Shown: in pieces, positions 38,014 to 50,306 of the stretch
Layout: each line of letters begins with the position of its first letter
How positions within the stretch are numbered: position 1 is the stretch's first letter
DNA from: Lama glama
Lineage: Eukaryota
Direction: 5' to 3'
NCBI GenBank assembly: GCA_028534125.1
Contig: CM052816.1
Coordinates: 34,164,001 to 34,228,000 of the forward strand
Length of the DNA stretch: 64,000 bases
Made by a program: the position numbers and the translations under genes
Notes under the pieces: model-generated
Told to the model about the DNA's origin: nothing
The model's input: only the letters and a program-made list of their open reading frames with translations
Database searches by the model: none

Positions 38014-40277
38014 CTTGGCAAGATGAGCCATGTTCCTGGGGCTTCGAGGAAGGACACTGACGCTCCTTAAGGGGTTGTGTGCATGGCAGTAGTTGTCATG
38101 CTTGAAGGTGATGCAGAGAATGAAATAAGAGAGCTGTTGCTTTGTCTGACATGTTTCCCTGTGATGGGCTGCTTTTTCCACATGGTGATTATTTGCCAGC
38201 TCCTGACAATCCAGAGCTGTTTGCTCTGAGGCTACCAGGCATATATCTTAGTCTTACTTTTTCTGTGTACATACATCTTTTTTCAGGTCTGTCCAGCAAA
38301 TGCACTTGGAAGATGGTAACACATCTTTCTATCCCTGCCTTTCATCACCCCTTAAAGTTATCTGCTTCTTTAAAGCAGGTCCACACCTGATCCATAGCTC
38401 AGGAAATTTATTCCAGTTCCTACCTCCAATCATTTCCTGCTTTTAACTTTTGCATCCATTTCTTGTCTGTGGTTCTCCTGGGAGCAGGCCTCCTCTGGCC
38501 TCCGTATCTCTTACCTGGCTATTGAACTCTCTGTTGTTTCATTTTATGTTTTCACTTCATCTTTCCCAGGGACCAGCCTAAATCTGCTTTCCCTGGAAAC
38601 ACTCTCAATGATATCTCTGTCCTCCTGGGCCCAGTACAGGCTGAGGGGCAAGGGACAATTAAAAGTAGAGATCAAGTGTTTTCAATGAAATGTGTGTTTT
38701 TGGCTAGGAAACAGCCAGCACATCAGTCCTGCATGTACATGTGCACCTGGAGCATTTTTTAACCAAATCAGTAACAACAAAAATTACACCCAAAATGCTA
38801 TAAATTGGTATCAGAAACAAGTGAAAATAACTAAGTATAAAAAGTATATCGGGCCAGTTTGGGCTAAAACTTCACCTGAACCATGTGATCTCTTCAAACG
38901 TGTTTTATATACAGGCAGGAACAAATTCCACATCAGGAAGCAGATCAAGAAATCTGTGATATCCACAGCAAAAATGCTACCAGATGTTCAGAGGGTACTT
39001 GAAAAGTTAAAAGCTTTTCAGACTCCTAGTTGAAGTCATGGGTGAGAACTGAGTAAGCTTCGTTATGGTCTGTACTCAAACACTGCTTAGGAAGTCAATT
39101 ATCTCCCCAGACTGTCAATGTCACATAATTGATGCGAGGCCCCAGTTTGTCCTGGGAGGGCAAGGGGAAGTTGGGGACCCCGTTGCCCTGACCACATGGA
39201 ACTGGGGAAAGGCTGATATCCTTGGTCTGGCCAAAGAGAGAAATACAGTTTTTATAGTTCTTTTTCCTTTTCACACATACACATTCTCAAAAGATCCATT
39301 ACACTGCATGTGCCTCTTACTCTCCTTTTAAAAAGCTACATAATGAAAAAAGATTTATCAACTTAAAATGCCATCTGTGCACAAAGTGAAACCTGCTTTC
39401 ATCCTTCTGGCTTGTAACGTTGCTCTTTCTCCAAACCTTGTAAAGCCTGCATGAACCAGGCCACTTACCATTTGCCCTTAGACTCTCAGGCCCTAGGGCT
39501 GGTAAGGGCAGCTGATTTGTGCAACTGGTCAGCAACTGCACAGCCTAATGAACGAGGCAGAGAATAAGCGTTCCCTACGTGGATGCTCTTCTCCACATCA
39601 GAGGCACCGAGGAGGTGATTTGCAGATTCTAGCAGGTTCAAGGAGACCACCAAGTGAGCCTGCAAAGCTCTCCTGGCTGCAGGGGTGACCAGGCTGTCAG
39701 CTGGTGACATGCCGTGACTATGCCAAAGGCGTGGCATCCCCTTGGACCAGCATGTAAGGTCTGTGCTTATTCCCGAGGCCAGATTCACCACAGCTAAAGT
39801 GACCTCCCCCAAAGTTTGCTTCAGTCCATTACGGGGTGACGCCCTATAAGCTGATAAGCACTGAGAAAAAGAAAGAGAAAGCGCTGGTCTGAGAGAGGAG
39901 GACGGAAAGGAGAAGAGCTGGGGAGCAAAACGGAAATGCCACTCAGAATCCCTCCCCCAGGGTCTTCAAAGGAAGGCTTAGAACAAAGACTGAAGATTCA
40001 CAGAGCTGTGCTGTGGGCAACTGAGGACTGAATACATGCAGACCAGCTAGTACAAAAGCAAAGAGCAGAGCTGGACCTGGGAGCAGCACCCTGTGGCTGT
40101 TACTGAAAAATTCCCAGGCAAATGTCAGCTGTACCTGCAAGCATAATGGAAAGGGGATAGAAGATGGTGACACTTTATTTTTATTAACGTACATGAATAC
40201 TAGACTTTCCAATAGGATTGGAGTAGCAAGGATTAATTAGCTCACATCTCTCACATGGTGGCTTGTGGCATTGAGGG

Positions 40278-40340
40278 GTGTGTGTGTGTGTGTGTGTGTG
40301 TACATGTGTGTGTACGTGTGTACGTTTGTACGTGTGTGTG
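40278..40340. repeat. (TG)n / alternating purine-pyrimidine tract
   Basis: Directly visible. Confidence 0.95.
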
Positions 40341-40499
40341 TTTTCCTGGGTGAAGCAAATAACAATTGCTGCATTCATCAGGGAAGCATTAATAAATTAA
40401 ATAGTTTGAAACAGAAAAATGTTATCAGTGAGCAAAGAGTCCAGAAAAAAATATTAAAATGATGCAGGAGCTGGCGGCTGCATTGAGCCACGCTGAGAG

Positions 40500-40509
40500 C
40501 TATAAATAA
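40500..40509 (+). promoter_or_regulatory. Candidate TATA box overlapping a MEF2-type site
   Basis: ctataaataa fits both TATAAA and MEF2 YTA(W)4TAR. It lies in unique, GC-richer sequence upstream of ATGs and a gtgagt donor. Function is unproven. Confidence 0.35.
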
Positions 40510-40529
40510 GGAGAGCAGAGGCAACGAGT

Positions 40530-40726
40530 GAAGAGTTGCTCAAGTACAGCCCCCTGAATGGCATCCTTCCCCAGCAGGCAGGCAGAGCTGAACTGGAGCC
40601 TACTCCCAGCAGTCCTCTGCTGTCTCCTCTCTCTCCATGGCTGTGCACAACGTGAACACCCTAAGGCAGCGATGCTCAAATCTGAGTGTGCAAAACAGCG
40701 CAGGGGAACTGACACAAATGCAGACT
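40530..40726 (+). other. Candidate first exon (coding status unknown)
   Basis: Begins about 30 nt after the TATA motif. ATGs at 40558 and 40637 both stay open to the donor ACT|gtgagt at 40726/40727. Confidence 0.3.
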
Positions 40727-41624
40727 GTGAGTCCTGCCCACCTCACTGCTACTCTTATCAGAGATCTGATTTAGTACATATGCAAGGGACTCAGAAATGT
40801 GAATTTTTAAAGCTCCTCCAAACTTTTTAAGAAACATTGTTCTAGTCAGTACAGCAGCTGACACTGGATGAAATTAAATGATAAATGTTTCCTCTGGGAC
40901 TGTCCTGTTTCCTTTCTTGAGGGTACTCTACTGTCAGGTCCCATGGGCCATCCATAAATAAAAAGTGATCCAGGAAATTAGCTGCTGATTGACATTTATA
41001 TCCTGGATTAGATTTAAGTCAACATATTCCCTATCTTAGGACCAATGCTGGGCACATGAGTCACAATAAATGTTGATGCATAAAGTGAAACTGATTAGAG
41101 AAAATAAACACACATAAAGGGATCCACATCAGATTTCTCTATATGGAATCATGTGTACACTTGCCTCCTTTTGGGCCAGGGATTCTCTCGGCCCACGGAG
41201 AAACTGACCTCCATAAAATCCTACCACAGTGATTTCCCAACCACCTAGCTCTAGGCCACATGTGAAGCCTGCTTTCCCCCCCTAAAACAGTATGCTTTAA
41301 TAATTTATACCAAGGGAAAACAATAAAAATTAGTTAACACCCTTTCAATTTTGTCCTCATTTGTTAGAAATCCAACTAGATTTAAGCGGAAGGGGAGCTT
41401 TCCATTGTGGTCGCTCACTGTGCTTTAGAACAGCCTGGTGGCTGGACTAGGCATGGTAGTCAGCAAGATGAAATGACCTTTAAGTGTAAAAGAAAATTTT
41501 TTCTCGTCAAGAAAGCAGTGGTTACTAGAACCAAATAAAAATGTCCTCAATACTTCTGAGATGGCAAAAATTATGCTTCTTTTATTGTTCATAAAAAAGA
41601 AAATAGGAATATTATTATATAAAT

Positions 41625-41760
41625 TAATATTTACTAACCACATAATATGTATTTGGTGGACTTTGTGTTAAAAGTTTACATGAATTTTCTCTCTTAATTT
41701 TCATAAATATTCAATGAGTATGTTACTTTTAGGATTCTCATTTTGCAGATGAGAAAATAA
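41625..41760 (-). mobile_element. MIR fragment (probably continued at about 43925-44025)
   Basis: 'cttaattttcataaa...attctcattttgcagatgagaaaa'. Confidence 0.6.
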
Positions 41761-41873
41761 TTGGGGGATTTTTTGGACAGAGTTATTCCATTGATCTGTA
41801 AGACACTGTAAATAATAGAGTTCATCAGAGCCCAGATCTCCCTTATAAAATGACTAAGGCAAAAATAGTTTGA

Positions 41874-43901
41874 AACCTTAAAGGCTCTACACAGAAACTA
41901 CTAGAGCTGATAAAAGAATTTGGCAAGGTAGCAGGATACAAGAGTAACATACAGAAATCAGTGGTATTTCTTTACACTAACAATGAAATAACAGAAAAGG
42001 AAAGTAAAGAAACAATCCTTTTAAAATTGCATCAAAAACAAAAACAAAAACAAAAAACTTAGGAAAAATTCTGACCAATGAAGTGAAAAACTTGCATGTG
42101 GAGAACTACAAAACAGTGACTAAGGAAATTAAAGATGACTTAAAGAAATGTTAAGATATCTCATGTTCTTGGATTGGAAAAATTAATGTTATTAAAATGG
42201 CCATCCTACCCAAAGCAATCTACTTATTCAATGCCGTCCCTATCACATTACCCAGGACATTTTTCACAGAACTAGAACAAATAATCCTGAAATTTATATG
42301 GAATCACAAAAGACCCAGAACTGCCAACGCAATACTGAAGAAAAGTATGAGGTTGAAGGAATAACCCTCCCAGACTTCAGACAATACTACAGAGCTACAG
42401 TTATCAAGACAGCATGGTATTGGTATTGGTACAAAAACAGACATATGGATCAATGGAACAGAACAGAAAGCCCAGAAATGAACCCACAAACTTTTGGTCA
42501 ATTAATCTTTGACGAAAGAGGCAAGAACATACAATGGAGTAAAGACAGTCTCTTCAGCAAGTGGTTTTGGGAAAACTGGACAGCTGCACGTAAATCAATG
42601 AAGTTAGAACACTCCCTCACAGCAAACACAAAAATAAACTCAAAATGGTTTAAAGACTTAAACATGAGAAAAGACACTATAAACCTCCAAGGAGAAAACA
42701 TAGGCAAAACATCTGACATAAATCTCAGCAACGTTCTCCTGGGCAGTCTACCCAGGCAATAGAAATAAACGCACAAATAAATAAATGGGACCTAATTAAA
42801 CTTAAAGTCTTTTGCACAGCAAAGGAAACCAGAAATAAAACAAAAAGACAATCTATGGAATGGAAGAAAATACTTACAAAAGATGAGACTGACAAGGCCT
42901 TAATTTCCAGAATATATAAACAGCTCAAACAACTTAATAAGAAAAAAAACAAAAGACCCATTCCAAAATGGGAGAAGACCTCAACAAGCAATTCTCCAAT
43001 GAAGACATACAAATGGCCAATTGGCACAGGAAAAAATGCTCAATATTGCTAATTATTAGAGAAATGCAAATCAAAACTACAATGAGGTATCACACCAGTC
43101 AGAATGGCGATCATTCAAAAGTCCATAAACAATAAATGCTGGAGAGGCTGTGGAGAAAAGTAACCCTCCTACACTGCTGGTGGGATTGTAGTTTAGTGAA
43201 GCCATTATGGAGAACAGTATGGAGATTCCTCCAAAGACTAAAAATAGACTTAACATATGATCCAGCAACCCCACTCTTGGGCATATATGCAGTGGGAACC
43301 TTAATTCAAAAAAACACCTGCACCCCAATGTTCACAGTAACACTATTCACAATAGCCGAGATATGGAAACAACCTAAATGTCCATTGACAGATGACTGGA
43401 TAAAGAAGTTGTGGTATATTTATACAATTGAATACTACTCAGTCATTAAAAAATGATAAAATAATGCAATTTGCAGCAACATGGATGGACCTGGAGAATG
43501 TCATTCTAAGTGAAGTAAGCCAGAAAGACAAAGAAAAATACCATATGACATCACTTACACGTGGAATCTAAAAAAAAAAAAAAGACAAATGAACGTATTT
43601 ACAAAACAAAAACAGACTCACAGACATATAAAACAAACTTATGGTTACCAAGGGGGAGGGGGTTGGAAGGGTTAAATTGGGAGTTCAAGATTTGCAGATA
43701 CTAACTACTATATATGAAATAGATTAACAAGTTTATACCGTATAGCACAAGAAACTATATTCAGTATTTTGTAGTAACTTATGGTGAGAAAGAATATGAA
43801 AACGAATATATGTATGTTCATGTATGACTGAAGCATTATGCTGTACACTAGAAATTGATACAACATTGTAAACTAACTGTATTTCAGTTTAAAAAAGTGA
43901 A
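41874..43901 (+). mobile_element. Best-preserved (probably youngest) L1 in the window, 5'-truncated, perfect 13-bp TSD
   Basis: ORF2 remnants ('[22 protein letters not shown]...QLIFD', 'LLHCWWDC'). TSD aaaaatagtttga at 41861-41873 and 43902-43914. Its 3' UTR differs from the other copies. Confidence 0.97.
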
Positions 43902-43957
43902 AAAAATAGTTTGAGGATCCAACAGCTTAGATAACAACTAATGCAAAGCAGAGCAAA

Positions 43958-44003
43958 GACTCAAAACACTAGTATGTTGAGACTCAAAACACTAGTATGT
44001 TGA
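43958..44003. repeat. Perfect 23-bp tandem duplication
   Basis: gactcaaaacactagtatgttga occurs twice in tandem. Confidence 0.95.
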
Positions 44004-44499
44004 TACCAAAGCTCATAATCTTAAGGATTGCCCTACAGTGTATTTTATGTTGTTTCATTATTTGGATAAATCAACAATGAGGGACATTATAGTCCAGATA
44101 GATGTTAAGCTCATACACAGATCAGTTTTTAAAAGTCTCTTATCACACGTATTTGGGGGTAACTACCATCAAATAAATATTTAACTGCAATATTTCTCTG
44201 AAGTATAAATTTACTTAACGTTAATACAGTTATAATTTGATTTGTTATTGAAAACATGAATTAGGGAATTTGCAGCCACATTAGTCATCTTCTTGTAAGA
44301 CCCTGAATCCAATGCAAGAATTTCATCTGTAACATTCTCCAATGGAAAATCCTAGTAGCTCAGGCAATAGGCATTGCTCTTATTAATGCTCAAGTTCCAA
44401 ATCAAGAGTAATTCCTTCACGAGGATCTCCCTGATGGGTAAGTTAGGATTTCTTTTAATGTTTTTAATCAGAGTTTACATAGAGAGGACCATATAATTT

Positions 44500-44696
44500 T
44501 TTTCTCTTTTTCTTATTTTCTTCCCAGCTTTACTAAGATATAATTGACATACAGCATTGTTTTAAGTGTACAATATGGTAACTGATAAATGTATATTTTG
44601 TGGTGACAACTTTTAAGATCTAATCTCTTAGCAACTTTCAAGTAAACAATATAGTATTGTTAATTGTAGTCACCATGCTGTATGTTAGATCCCCAG
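44500..44696 (-). mobile_element. L1MA9-like 3' end
   Basis: 'ccagctttactaagatataattgacata...aagatctaatctcttagcaactttcaagta...gtcaccatgctgtatgttagatccccag'. Confidence 0.85.
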
Positions 44697-45255
44697 CTAG
44701 CTGGGCTCCACGTTCAAGTGGGCACACTGGGTGGGTTCCCTGCTCAAGCAGGGTTGCTGACAATATTCTGTGGTTAGGTGGGGCCAGCAGCTGGTCTCTG
44801 CAATCACCTTCAGTCAGGTGGGGTTGCAGGCTACGTTTCCTCCCGGAGCAATACCACCGCTTGGATTCCACGATTGGGCAGGGATGTGTGCTTCGCTCCA
44901 TAACTGCTCCTAGTCTGGCAGGACCTCAGACTGGGCTCCCAGGCCATGGTGCTGCCAGCTATGCTCCACATTCAGGAGGGGCCACAGGCTGTACCTAAAG
45001 TTGGGGGAATGGGGAGAAATGCAGTCTGGGCTTCGCTTTCAGGTAGGCTGTTGGCTGTGGTCACCGGCTGGACTCTGGATGGGGCCTCCAGGGCTGAATA
45101 CTGTGCTATGCAGTCAGACAAGGTCTATCTCAATTTCCTGGTCTGATGGTGCCTCAGGCTATGGTCTGTAATTGGGTGGTGAGGCTGCAGGCTTTGTTCA
45201 GCAATGAGGAAGGGCCATATGCTGGGCTTCACTGTTGAGTGGGCTTGAGTGAATA
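44697..45255 (-). mobile_element. GC-rich L1M 5' UTR-like segment
   Basis: Repetitive 'gctgggctcc/caggct' motifs typical of reversed L1MA-era 5' UTRs. Directly abuts the L1 3' end. Confidence 0.5.
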
Positions 45256-45289
45256 GAAAATTCACTGGGGAAGCCATATACATCTTTGG

Positions 45290-47020
45290 AAAGTGATTTT
45301 TTAAATACCAGATTTCCATTCCATTAACAGATACAAGATTATTCAGATTTTCTATTTCTACTTCTGTTAGCATTGGTATGGGGTATTTTTCATAGATATT
45401 GTCCATTTTATTCAAACTTTTGAATATTTTGCCTGAAGTTCATAACATTTTCTTTATTTGTAAAATAAAATCTGTGGCTCCCCCAACCCCCTTCCTATCC
45501 TTCCCTCCAGCCTTAATCCTGCCTGATGGCTTATCAGTTTCAGTAATCTTGAAAAAAAAAATTGTCTTTGTTGATTTTCTCCTATGTATGATTTTTTCTG
45601 TATCATTTATTTCTACCCTTACTGTATTATTTCTTTGTTCTATTTTACCTAGGTTTGATTTGCTCTTCATTCTCTAGTGTCTTAAAATGAAAGGTGAAAA
45701 TAAATATTTTATCTTTCCTCTTTCCTTTAAATGCATTTTAAAATGCTAAGAATTTACCTGCAAGCCCTGACTTAGTTTCTAAAAGTTTTGATATACTAAT
45801 ATTCTTATTAGTCATTCCATATGAAGTATTTCCTTATTTCCATTTTGATTGCTTCTTTTACCTATGGATCATTTAAACGTTTGCTGTTTCAGTGAATTTG
45901 GGGTTTTCCTCATTATGCTTTTGTTTTTGGTTTCTGGTGAAATCTCAATATAGTCATAGAAGAAATGGAATCATTTTAGTTATTTGAAATTTTTGAGGCT
46001 TTCTTTTTTGGCTCAGCATATTGTGAATTTTGGCATATGCACATGAAAATGATCTAAATTTTACCAAGGCTTATTTTAATGTTCTACACATGTTGTTCAG
46101 ATCTTCTATACCGTTACTGAGTTTTTGTTTGCTTGTTAAATCAACTTTAATGACAGGAATTTTCTGCATGTCATTTTAGTTCTGATATATATTATTTATA
46201 GTATTCTCCTGCCTCTTCACAGGTCTATTAATTTTTATGGTATGTCAGATATAATGAATAGAAGAATCATAGAGGGTTCAGATCATTTTATCTTTTACTA
46301 TAGAATGTTCTCTATATATTTAAGTAAATATAGTGAGGTATGATCATCTCAACCCAATAAGAAATTCATTAGGGACAAAACTAGATTGCAATATTTATGT
46401 TATTTAGTCCACTTCTGATTTTCACTGCTTCAAGGGCATAAACCTCCTTGATTTTTGAAAAGAACCCTGATAGGGCTCTGTCTAGTAAGCCCCAGAACAG
46501 TAAATGTTTTCCACCTCCATTCCTTCAAGTTCAGTCAATATATCCTGTCCCCAAGCAAACATCTTGAACTCCTGACAGATAATATTCTGGATGCAAAAGC
46601 TCTCTCACCAGCAGGTCTTAGTTCCTAAGCACCAAGAAACTCTTGATACTTAACTGTGCAATTTAGAAGCTTTCAGCTTCGTTCCCCTGCAGCTCCAGAA
46701 CTTGTCTGGGGAGAACAAGTGTTTGGGTCCCTTCAAGTTTCCAAACTGGGTATCAGCCCCATTTAACTGCTAGAAGTTTAGGTGGTTACTCGTACCCTCA
46801 GCAGAGTCCTGCTGCTTCAGCAAGATTCGGGTTGAAAAATGGCTAGAGGTAGTCCTCTGACTACTCCACTCTCAAGAGTTACGGTTTATTTCATCTCTGC
46901 TACTTCCGCAGCTCTCTCATGGAATATGAGAGAAATACGAATTTTGTAATTTATCTGTTTATTTCACGTTGTTGCAGTGCGAGCATCACCCTGTCAGCAT
47001 GTGTGTATCCTACTTGGAAA
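45290..47020 (-). mobile_element. Old L1ME/L1M5 remnant (ORF2 pieces to 5' end)
   Basis: Minus-strand ORFs with L1 ORF2-like 'LTEVEIENLN' and 'FFFKITETDKP'. 5'-end-like 'ttttgtaatttatctg...gttgttgcagtgcgagc...tatcctacttggaa'. Confidence 0.65.
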
Positions 47021-47049
47021 TCTGTTACACTCTATCTAGAAGAAGAAAG

Positions 47050-47362
47050 ACTCAAGTAAGGAATCTTTTGGTGGCAAGTAGCAAGCAACTCAATGCAAAC
47101 TGGCTTCAGAGGAAAGGAATATATTGTTTCATCTAATTGAAAAGTCCATGTGTAAAGCTGGCTCCAGCCAGTCTACAGATTAAAAAAAACAAAAAAAAAC
47201 CCTCATTGGCTGTAGTCAGTTATGTGCCCATAACTGTCTTAATTATCACCCAAACTAAACGGCCTTAGAGTAGGGGATGCATGATTCCTCAGAGAAAAAT
47301 CTGCATCATGTTATGAGAAAAAAATAAGTAGACTGTGAGCAGTATGAGCAATTGTCCACTAT
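47050..47362 (-). mobile_element. MLT1K-type LTR
   Basis: 'cttttggtggcaagt...caaactggcttc...aaaggaatatattgtttcatctaattgaaaagtcca...aattgtccacta'. Confidence 0.65.
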
Positions 47363-48219
47363 GCTGAACCCGTTCAGCTGTCATTCATCTATTTGTCTTC
47401 TCAACTGCCATAGTTCAGACCACCATTTAAGCACTGAAATGCACTATTTTGATTTGAGTATTGCTCAGATTAAGCAGAAACCTTGTTTTCAATACTCTGT
47501 TGGTACCCAAAGCACAAAAATTCATGCCAGACAGCTAACAGATAGTTAATAAAACTTGTGACTTTGTTGGTACTGGGCTAAATTATCTGACTGCATCTCA
47601 CACTGCAAGTCAGCAACTGAAGAAGGATGAGCTCCTCAGTTTTCAACTCTAATCATGTGCTAGTAAGTGCTGTCAGAAGAAAGCACTTTAAAATAAGCCG
47701 TGGGTTATTGTTGTATATTTTATGCAGCACTCTTCTAAAGAAAAACTAAATGAGAAAATGGGCTGAGGGTGCCTAGCTGATCTGTGAGCCATTTCACTGA
47801 TGTGTAATAGTGGGTTCAGCACGCCTGCACTTGCTGTGACATCACACATCCCATTTTCCACCTTCCAGGCAGGCAATTATGGGAAAGACTTCAGTGCTGC
47901 TCTCCAAGAGACTTGATTGTGGGCTGAACAGAACTATGTCAGAAAGGCAGCCCTATTTCCTCCCAACTACTTGATGTGTCTCTCCCAACAAAGGAAATGA
48001 TTTTTTTGAATTCTTCCTTTCACCTGCTTGCTGCCAGAAAGCTCATAAAAGAGTCTACACTTTGAGCCTGAGCTTGAAACTAGAAACTGACTTACACAGT
48101 CAGTGGAGGGTTGGAATTAGCAGACCACACTATTTCCAGTATGTGCGGATCCCAGTGGCTGTGTTGACTAAAGGCATTTGGAAGAAAAAGACTTAAAGGA
48201 ATTAATAAATTAGAGCAAA

Positions 48220-48398
48220 CACAGAGTGTGATGATAAAGCACACAGTCATGGGAGTCAGAATCCTGGCTCTGCCACTGGGTGGCCTTGGGCCTCAGATTC
48301 CTTATTTGTATCATAGAGCTATTGTGATTAATTGGAATAATGCATTTGAAGTGCTTAGCATGATGCCAGGCACAACCAATAAAAAATAGTCATTATTG
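48220..48398 (+). mobile_element. MIR SINE (internally deleted)
   Basis: 'ggagtcagaatcctggctctgccact...ttgggcctcagattcctt...taatgcatttgaagtgcttagcatgatgccaggcac'. Confidence 0.75.
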
Positions 48399-48964
48399 AT
48401 ATTTTTATTGAATTATGCAGGGAACTTTAGGGATAGCACCACCAAATATTTATCACCATGGTAATGAGCTAGTGTGGCAACAGCCACAGACAAGTGCTAC
48501 AGATAAGCAGAACAGGCTCAAGGATTAGGCTTCTTAAAATGTGTCCATACGTATTTTTTCTGCACATTAAAATGCCCAACCAAATTGTTTTTAATGTTTG
48601 CACATCCAAGGGCAGAGGTTATCATTTAAAGTTAACACAGGGGAAAAATTATGGGCGCATTCCTAGGAGTACCTGTGTTGATCAGGATTCATTCAGTTGC
48701 CAAAATCTCCTTAGACTGCAGCATACAAACTCTTATGGTAAATGCTATTTTTTCAAAAAATAATTAGGAAGGAGCAAGGTGGAATGACTTGTATTTTATT
48801 CGCTTATTTACCCTGCATCTGTTGTTAATCCATAACCCATCCTAGATTGAAAGCAATTAGTATGTAAGCTCTATCCAATTTCTGTGTTCCAAGGTTTGGC
48901 TTCTTTCCTCTTCCCCTGTTTGGAACCTCATCCCTAAGAACATTCTGTTCACCTCGTTATCACA

Positions 48965-49597
48965 GATTATTTATTCATTTGTGACTGATTTGAAAATCTT
49001 ATCTAGGATATGCCAGGCCCTATGCTACAGACATAAGAATATGGGTCCTGCTCACAATCCAGTGGAGGAGAAGGTAAGGAAATAGAATATTTTTAACACA
49101 AGAGAAATATTTACAGATTGTGAGAAAGTAATGGGATCTGAGTCTTAGATGATGGATGGGAGTCAGGCAAGCAGGTCAAAGAGTGAGGATCTTGGCATGA
49201 CCAAAGGTACAGAGATAAGAAATAGCTCAACATGGCAAGAAAGTAAAAGCCATTAGATGTTGCTCCAATGGAAGTTCAAAGTGATGAGTGACAAAGGACT
49301 TCTGGAGAAGTAGACAAGGGCAAAACAGTGAGGTGCCTCTCTCTCACTTTAAGAATGTTGAGCTTTTTTCTGTACATAGTGGGGAGCCTGAAGGGTCCTG
49401 GAGCAAGAAGTGACATGGTTAGATTTCACATATTAGATAGGTTTCAGAGGGGAGGACAGCATTCAAGGCTACGGCCAGAGGCAAGACCAGCTGGGAATCT
49501 GTTTAGATAATCCAGCCTAAAAACTTGAGAGCCTGAATGTAGGCAGTAATGGCTGACAGAGAGGAGACTAAGCAAAGTATATCCAGGAAAGATAAAC
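48965..49597 (-). mobile_element. L2
   Basis: 'tatttattcattt...atatgccaggccctatgcta...ggggagcctgaaggg...gaagtgacatggttagattt...gaggcaagaccagctgggaa'. Confidence 0.75.
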
Positions 49598-49931
49598 CCT
49601 GAAGTTCTTCCAAAAGAATCCTTAAAAAAAGTACTAAGGAAAACATTTGAAAAAGAGAGTATTTTCTAACGTATAAGAAATAGAAACCAATGAATCTAGA
49701 TAATATGTATCATAAGGTAAAGTTATGCTGGCCTCATACTTTACCAGATACTTATGTCCTACAAGTTTTCCTGGCCTCTGTCCTATCTCTGTTTGTTCCT
49801 GCAGCAGACTTGGGGTGGCACTGCAACTAGCAATGGAGGCTTCCCCAGCAGCCTTTTTTCTCCTTCTAAGTACCATGGAGTCAGGTCTTCAGGCCTTGGA
49901 TCATGAGGCCATTTCTATGCATCTTATGCTT

Positions 49932-50213
49932 ACACACACACACACACAGACACACACACACACTGGAATACTACTCAGCCATAAAAAAGAATGAAATAAT
50001 GCCATTTACAGCATCATGGATAGACCCAGAGATGATCATATGAAGTGAAGTAAGTCAGCCTGAGAAGGACAACTACATATGACATCACTTATACGTGGAA
50101 TCTGAAAGAATGATACAAATGGACTTATTTACAAAACAGAAAGAGACTCACAGACAGAGAAAACAAACTTATGGTTACCAAAGGGGAAAGGGGGGAGGGA
50201 TAAATTAGGAGTT
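49932..50213 (+). mobile_element. L1 3' UTR fragment starting in a (CA)n tract, lacking the terminal part and A-tail
   Basis: '(ac)n tggaatactactcagccataaaaaagaatgaaataatgcc...gggagggataaattaggagtt'. Confidence 0.92.
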
Positions 50214-50306
50214 ACCAGTATCTTTTTATTCTGCACTGTTTCAGAGAAGCATAGTATAGGGTGGGGAGAAAATTATACTCTTCACTGGCAAATGTTTTTG
50301 TTCTCC

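Noticed and set aside
42298..43456. L1 ORF2 fragments as an active element or host gene
   Set aside because: The copy is 5'-truncated with several frameshifts and stops.
43958..44003. 23-bp repeat (and the 16-bp repeat at 55591-55632) as CRISPR-like
   Set aside because: Each has only two copies, with no spacer or a 10-nt spacer. These are ordinary local duplications.
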